DNA of 42,929 nt from Bacteroidales bacterium UBA3382 (GTDB lineage Bacteria; Bacteroidota; Bacteroidia; Bacteroidales; UBA932): assembly GCA_002358965.1 (NCBI GenBank), contig DEPW01000115.1, positions 1-42,929 of the forward strand, given 5' to 3'. Positions 37,521 through 42,929 of this stretch are shown in pieces. Within the stretch, counting starts at the first letter, position 1, and the number at the start of each line of letters is the position of its first letter. A program made the translations under genes and the position numbers. The notes beneath the pieces were generated by a model. It searched no databases, had not been told where the DNA came from, and worked only from the letters and a program-made list of their open reading frames with translations.

Positions 37521-39817
37521 TGAAAATCACTTTGATATCGCTTGCGGCCTTTGCCGCGGTATCGCTGTTTTTTCCACAAAACGCTATGGGACAGAACGAT
37601 TTTACCAGGTGGGTGAATCCTATGACAGGGACATCGAAAATGGGGCATGTCTTTCCGGGAGCATGCTATCCGTTCGGAGGAGTGCAGTTAAGCCCGGATA
37701 CCGATACGGTGCCTCATAACATCGACGGAGTCTATCAGCCGAAGGCTTATGAGTATTGTGCGGGCTATCAGTATGCGGACAATACCATAGTTGGGTTCAG
37801 CCATACGCATTTCAGCGGAACAGGGCATTCGGACCTGGGCGATGTGCTGATAATGCCTGCGACAGGGCCGTTGAAACTCAGGCCCGGGACGAAAGAAGAC
37901 CCTGACAGCGGTTACAGATCCCGTTTCTCGCATGAAAACGAGCAGGCCCGTCCCGGATATTACAAGGCTTACCTTGACGATTACGGAATCCTTGCAGAGC
38001 TTACGGCCACGCCCAGGACGGGAGTACACCGGTATACCTATGCTGAAGATGCCGGGGAGCAGCGCATAATCCTCGATCTGATACACGGGATATACAATTA
38101 CGACGGAAAGACGCTTTGGGCGCAGATCCGTGTCGAAAACGACACGCTTGTAACCGGTTACAGGATAACAAACGGCTGGGCGCGGACGAATTATGTATAT
38201 TTCGCAATCGAATTTTCCCGTCCCATACGCGATTACGGCTACGAGGAGTTCGGCAAAGTCCTGTACAACGGATTTTACAGGCGTTTCGATACCAAGCGCA
38301 ATTTTCCCGAAATTGCCGGAAGGAAGATTGCGGCCTGGTTCGAGTTCGATCCTTCCGAATCGCGTGAACTCGAAATCAAGGTGGCCCTTTCCGCTACCGG
38401 GACGGACGGGGCTTTGAGGAATCTCCGCGCCGAGACTTCCGGGAAAGATTTCGCGCAGTTGGCTCGGGAGGCTCATGATGCATGGAACGATGCGCTTTCG
38501 GTAATTGAGGCCGAAGGAAGCGATGATGGGCTGGCCATGTTCTATACATCTTTGTACCATACGATGATCAATCCTTCTGTCTATATGGATGTCGATGGCC
38601 GTTACAGGGGAGTGGACGGAAATATCCATCAGGCCGAAGGCTTTACGAACTATACGATTTTTTCGACCTGGGACACTTTCCGGGCCCTGCATCCGCTATA
38701 CAATCTGATTCAGAGGGAGCGCAGCCGCGAGATGATGGAGTCGTTGCTTGCGCATTCGGAACAGAGCGTGCATGGGGCGCTGCCGGTATGGAGCCATTGT
38801 GCCAATGAAAACTGGTGCATGATCGGCTATCACAGCGTGCCTATCCTCGCCGATGCCATCGCGACAGGCATACCGGTGGACGGCCGAAGGGCTTTGGATG
38901 CCATGGTCCGCAGTTCCAATCTTCCTTATTACGAGGGTATTGCGGATATGCTCGAACTCGGATATGTGCCAATCGAGGCTTCGGCAAGTTCGGCTTCGGT
39001 CACCCTCGAATACGCATATGACGACTGGGCGGTCTACAGGACGGCTCTGGCTGCAGGCGATTCGTCGGTTGCCGCTGTCTATAAGACGAGGTCTGAAAAT
39101 TACAAAAACATCTTCGATACCGAGACTCTCCATGCCCGTCCGCGTTACCGTGACGGCCGGTTCAAAGAGGACTTCGACCTGCAAAGCACCCACGGCCAGG
39201 GCTTCATAGAGGGCAACTCGCTTAACTACTCGTTCTTCGTGCCTCATGATGTTCCCGAACTGATCAGGCTGATGGGAGGCGAGGATCGGTTCATCGCCAA
39301 TCTCGATTCGCTTTTCACCATGCATCTGCCTGACAGTTTCTTTGCCGAAACGGAAGATGTGACCCGCGAGGGCATACTCGGCGGCTATGTGCACGGTAAC
39401 GAGCCGAGCCATCATGTAGCCTTCCTTTACGCATGGACTTCCCAACCATGGAAGACCCACTACTGGCAGAGGGAGATAATGGACAGGATGTATGTCAACA
39501 GGATAGACGGTCTGTGCGGCAACGATGACTGCGGCCAGATGTCGGCATGGTACATATTTTCGGCAATGGGTTTCTATCCGGTATGCCCGGGGACAGGCGA
39601 GTATGTGCTGGCGGCTCCGTACCTTCCATATATCAAGGTGAATCTTGAAAACGGGAAGACTTTCGAAATCAAGGCTCCGGGAGTGAGCGCGGAGAACCGC
39701 TATGTCAGGTCCGTGCGCCTTAACGGGAAGAAACATGAAGGACGGACTATTTCATATTCAGACATACTTGCCGGCGGCGTACTCGAGTTCGAGATGGCTT
39801 CCGAATACGGGAAATAG
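37520..39817 (+). CDS. GH92 alpha-mannosidase
   Basis: FPGA..PFG.VQLSPDT, GFSHTHFSGTG, FSTWDTFRA, S.TLEYAYDD, EGNS, HGNEPSH, GNDDCGQMSAW. Overlaps the sulfatase stop (TAATG). Confidence 0.93.
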   Translation: MKITLISLAAFAAVSLFFPQNAMGQNDFTRWVNPMTGTSKMGHVFPGACYPFGGVQLSPDTDTVPHNIDGVYQPKAYEYCAGYQYADNTIVGFSHTHFSGTGHSDLGDVLIMPATGPLKLRPGTKEDPDSGYRSRFSHENEQARPGYYKAYLDDYGILAELTATPRTGVHRYTYAEDAGEQRIILDLIHGIYNYDGKTLWAQIRVENDTLVTGYRITNGWARTNYVYFAIEFSRPIRDYGYEEFGKVLYNGFYRRFDTKRNFPEIAGRKIAAWFEFDPSESRELEIKVALSATGTDGALRNLRAETSGKDFAQLAREAHDAWNDALSVIEAEGSDDGLAMFYTSLYHTMINPSVYMDVDGRYRGVDGNIHQAEGFTNYTIFSTWDTFRALHPLYNLIQRERSREMMESLLAHSEQSVHGALPVWSHCANENWCMIGYHSVPILADAIATGIPVDGRRALDAMVRSSNLPYYEGIADMLELGYVPIEASASSASVTLEYAYDDWAVYRTALAAGDSSVAAVYKTRSENYKNIFDTETLHARPRYRDGRFKEDFDLQSTHGQGFIEGNSLNYSFFVPHDVPELIRLMGGEDRFIANLDSLFTMHLPDSFFAETEDVTREGILGGYVHGNEPSHHVAFLYAWTSQPWKTHYWQREIMDRMYVNRIDGLCGNDDCGQMSAWYIFSAMGFYPVCPGTGEYVLAAPYLPYIKVNLENGKTFEIKAPGVSAENRYVRSVRLNGKKHEGRTISYSDILAGGVLEFEMASEYGK

Positions 39818-39829
39818 TCGCCGGGTCGG

Positions 39830-41347
39830 TTACACCAAACTCTCTCCGGTCATCTCGGCAGGCTGGGGTATCCCCATCAGCTTAAGTATGGTAGGGGCGA
39901 CATCCGCCAGTTTGCCGTCGCGTACGGATTTGATGTCATCGTCTATGACGATGAACTGTACAGGATTCAGCGAGTGTGCCGTGTTAGGGGTGCCGTCGTC
40001 GTTAATGGCATGATCGGCATTGCCGTGGTCGGCAGTAAGCAATACCGTGTAGCCGTCCTTGATGGCTGCCGTCACGACTTTTTCAACGCATGAATCGACT
40101 GTGCGCACTGCCTTGCAGATAGCCTCATATACCCCTGTGTGTCCTACCATGTCGCCGTTTGCGAAATTGAGTACGATCAGGTCCTCTTCTTTGGTGTCGA
40201 GTTCCTTTACGAGCGCTTCGGCCACTTCAGGTGCGCTCATTTCGGGTTTGAGGTCGTATGTGGCTACTTTCGGAGACGGAATCAGTATGCGTTTTTCTCC
40301 CGGAAACTCTTCCTCGCGGCCGCCGGAGAAGAAAAATGTCACATGGGCGTATTTTTCGGTTTCGGCGATGCGCAATTGCCTGCGCCCTGCTTTCGATACG
40401 ACCTCTCCGAGGGTCTCGGGTACCTTTTCCTTGTCGAAGAGGATATGGACTCCCTTGAATTTGTCGTCATACGGTGTCATGCAGCAATAATACAGAGGAA
40501 TGGTATTCATTCCGTATTCAGGCATGTCCTCCTGTGTGAGCACCTGGGTGATTTCGCGCGCACGGTCGTTGCGGAAATTGAAGAATACCACCGCATCCCC
40601 TTTTCCGATCGTGGCCGTAGGCTTTCCGTTCCCGTCCACAACGACTATCGGCTTTATGAACTCGTCGGTCACATCGTTGTCGTATGAGGCCTGCACGCCT
40701 TCCGCAGCCGAGCGGAAAGCCTCTCCGCGGCCTTCGGTCAGCATGTCGTAAGCCATTTTTATGCGATCCCATCTCTTGTCGCGGTCCATGGCGTAATAAC
40801 GCCCGCAGACAGTGGCGACCTTCCCTGTGGTTTCGGACATTTTCGTCTCAAGGTCCTCTATGAAGCCTTTTCCGCTTTTCGGGTCGCAGTCTCTCCCGTC
40901 CATGAAGCAGTGTACATAGACTTCTTCAAGGCCGTATGAGGCTGCCACGGAAAGGAATTCGTAAAGGTGTGACAATGAGCTGTGTACGCCTCCGTTAGAT
41001 GTGAGCCCCATGAAATGCAGCTTGTGGCCTCCGTTGCGCACATATTCGTACAAGGCTTTGATTTCAGCATTTTCGAGCAGCGCATGCTTGTCGCAGGCCA
41101 TGTTGATTTTGACGAGATCCTGATAGACGATCCTTCCTCCGCCGAGGTTGAGATGTCCGACTTCGGAATTGCCCATCTGTCCTGCCGGGAGTCCCACATA
41201 TTGTCCGCAGGCCATAAGGTGGGACATCGGATATTTCGCCCTGAGGCTGTCTATGTAAGGCGTGCCGGCCGTATGGATGGCGTCGGATTTGTCCTTTTTG
41301 CCCTCTCCCCAGCCGTCGAGTATCATTAATAAGACTTTTTTGTTCAT
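39830..41347 (-). CDS. gpmI: 2,3-bisphosphoglycerate-independent phosphoglycerate mutase
   Basis: [53 protein letters not shown]. Confidence 0.97.
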   Translation of the reverse strand: MNKKVLLMILDGWGEGKKDKSDAIHTAGTPYIDSLRAKYPMSHLMACGQYVGLPAGQMGNSEVGHLNLGGGRIVYQDLVKINMACDKHALLENAEIKALYEYVRNGGHKLHFMGLTSNGGVHSSLSHLYEFLSVAASYGLEEVYVHCFMDGRDCDPKSGKGFIEDLETKMSETTGKVATVCGRYYAMDRDKRWDRIKMAYDMLTEGRGEAFRSAAEGVQASYDNDVTDEFIKPIVVVDGNGKPTATIGKGDAVVFFNFRNDRAREITQVLTQEDMPEYGMNTIPLYYCCMTPYDDKFKGVHILFDKEKVPETLGEVVSKAGRRQLRIAETEKYAHVTFFFSGGREEEFPGEKRILIPSPKVATYDLKPEMSAPEVAEALVKELDTKEEDLIVLNFANGDMVGHTGVYEAICKAVRTVDSCVEKVVTAAIKDGYTVLLTADHGNADHAINDDGTPNTAHSLNPVQFIVIDDDIKSVRDGKLADVAPTILKLMGIPQPAEMTGESLV

Positions 41348-41375
41348 ATTTTCCTTTAATAATTAAAACGGACTG

Positions 41376-41425
41376 CAAATTTAAGAACTTGCAGGGATTT
41401 TTTGTCAACAATTGTTCTAAATTTG
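41376..41425. promoter_or_regulatory. Divergent sigmaA -7 boxes (gpmI / rnr)
   Basis: TAAATTTG on minus (41376-41383) and TAAATTTG on plus (41418-41425). Confidence 0.68.
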
Positions 41426-41445
41426 CGAAATTAATGAAATCTGAC

Positions 41446-42929
41446 ATGTCAAAAAGGAGAACAGAAAAGCGAGAAAGGCCTCAGATGCCGCAGGTGACAG
41501 GAAAGGTCCAGATGACCCGTGAAGGATACGGTTTCGTCATAGTGGACGGAGAGGAAGAAGATATATTCGTAAAAGCTTCGAAAATGCACGGCGCCCTCAA
41601 CGGGGATATCGTCAGGGTGGCCGTCCGCAAGGAGACGAAAGGCCGCAAAGGTTCTGCGAAGGGAAAACGGCCTGCCGGGCATGCGGAGGGCGAAGTCATT
41701 GCTGTCGTCGAGCGCTCCCGGAAGCCGTTCGTAGGCATCCTGCATATCGTGGGCGAAAAGGCATGGGTGCTCATGGAAAGCCGCGTAATGCCTTATGACA
41801 TATCGGTTCCATACGAGGATGTGCTGCGCAAAGGGGCTTCTTCAGGCATGAAGGTGGCCGTCCGCATTGTCAGATGGGAACGCAGAGATCCCGAGCCGGT
41901 AGGCGAAATCGTCGACATCCTGGGAAATCCGGGAGAGAACGACACCGAGATGCATGCGATCCTTGCCGAGTACGAACTTCCTTACCGTTTTGAAAAGCAG
42001 GTTGAAGATGCCGCCAACTCCATAGGCGACGACTTGAATGACAAAGAGTTCTCGAAAAGGAAGGATTTCCGGGATGTGCTGACCTTTACCATAGACCCGT
42101 CGGATGCGAAGGATTTCGATGATGCCCTGTCTGTGCGCAAGAAGGGCGAAGGCTTATGGGAGATAGGAGTCCATATAGCGGATGTTACGCATTATGTGAA
42201 ACCGGATTCGATTGTAGACAAGGAGGCTCTGAGCAGGGGCACTTCGGTATATCTGGTGGACAGGACGGTCCCGATGTTGCCGGAGATCCTTTCAAACAGG
42301 CTGTGCTCGCTCAGGCCGGGCGAAGACAAACTCTGTTTTTCGGCAGTGTTCGTCATGAATGATCAAGGGGCCGTAATCGAGCATTGGCTCGGCCGTACGG
42401 TGATAAGGTCCGATTTCCGTTTCGATTACGATGCCGCCCAAAGGATTATCGAAGGGGTTGTCCCTGAAACCTTTACCGATTTCGATCCCCGTCCTGGCGA
42501 TCCTTTGTATCCGGCTCTGAAAGAAGCCGTGCTTGCCAGTTTTTCGATTGCGATGAAACTCCGCGACGCCCGTTTCAGATCAGGCGCCATCAGTTTCGAC
42601 CGTCCCGAGATGAAGGTGATAGTCGATGAGAAGGGAAGGCCCGTCGATGTGCGCCAGAAAGTTTCCAAAGAGGCCAACTGGCTGATAGAGGAGTTCATGC
42701 TGCTTGCCAACAGGAGTGTGGCGGAATTTGTCGCAAGGCAGAAGAAGACATTCGTCTATCGTGTCCACGATGAACCGAATCAGGAGAAACTGGAGAATCT
42801 GCGTTCGTTTGTCCATAATTTCGGCTATACCCTCGGCCCTACAGGCACCGGCAAGGAGATATCGAAAGAGCTGAACGGACTTTTTGCCGCCGCCAAGGAC
42901 AAGCCGGAATTCAACGCCATAGAACTGCT
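41446..42929 (+). CDS. rnr: Ribonuclease R (3'-truncated by window edge; absent from the ORF track)
   Basis: My translation gives MSKRR...GYGFV...DIFV...ALNGDIV (cold-shock domain), TFTIDPSDAKDFDDALS (RNB catalytic motif), GVHIADV, GTSVYL.DR..PMLP, LIEEFMLLAN. Start is 41434 or 41446. Confidence 0.95.
   Translation, partial: MSKRRTEKRERPQMPQVTGKVQMTREGYGFVIVDGEEEDIFVKASKMHGALNGDIVRVAVRKETKGRKGSAKGKRPAGHAEGEVIAVVERSRKPFVGILHIVGEKAWVLMESRVMPYDISVPYEDVLRKGASSGMKVAVRIVRWERRDPEPVGEIVDILGNPGENDTEMHAILAEYELPYRFEKQVEDAANSIGDDLNDKEFSKRKDFRDVLTFTIDPSDAKDFDDALSVRKKGEGLWEIGVHIADVTHYVKPDSIVDKEALSRGTSVYLVDRTVPMLPEILSNRLCSLRPGEDKLCFSAVFVMNDQGAVIEHWLGRTVIRSDFRFDYDAAQRIIEGVVPETFTDFDPRPGDPLYPALKEAVLASFSIAMKLRDARFRSGAISFDRPEMKVIVDEKGRPVDVRQKVSKEANWLIEEFMLLANRSVAEFVARQKKTFVYRVHDEPNQEKLENLRSFVHNFGYTLGPTGTGKEISKELNGLFAAAKDKPEFNAIEL

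Noticed and set aside
1..42929. Stop-codon recoding, tRNA/rRNA genes, IS elements, prophage or defence genes
   Set aside because: Recognised genes end at their expected C-termini under the standard code, intergenic gaps are short, and no transposase, integrase or RNA-gene signature was seen.

Overview
Gene-dense chromosomal window from a Bacteroidales bacterium. Evidence for the lineage is the TAnnTTTG -7 promoter boxes, the lack of Shine-Dalgarno motifs and the sigma54-activator/lptE/TPR/secG synteny. It is mostly housekeeping: lolD-like ATPase (partial), tRNA m6A37 methylase, an ECF sigma/anti-sigma/Spy-like module, split transketolase, lepA, sufBCD, class II RNR (nrdJ), ispE, dnaE, gpmI and rnr (partial). 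Envelope and glycan genes are interspersed: GT2, GH2, M6 metalloprotease, pspC-padR-pspC, two tandem FN3-repeat lipoproteins, a Ser-type sulfatase and GH92. I see no mobile element, CRISPR array, tRNA/rRNA or intein, and I cannot claim a clearly new system. The best leads are: (1) a full-length ThiL homologue that has lost essentially all Mg/ATP-binding motifs; (2) the two acidic modular surface lipoproteins directly upstream of it; (3) a GT2 with degenerate catalytic motifs coupled to lepA; (4) a half-size SufD; (5) an internal ECF-type promoter plus an unusual 3' element in the ECF module; (6) a PadR-type operator palindrome. All family assignments come from motif recognition by eye, not from database searches.
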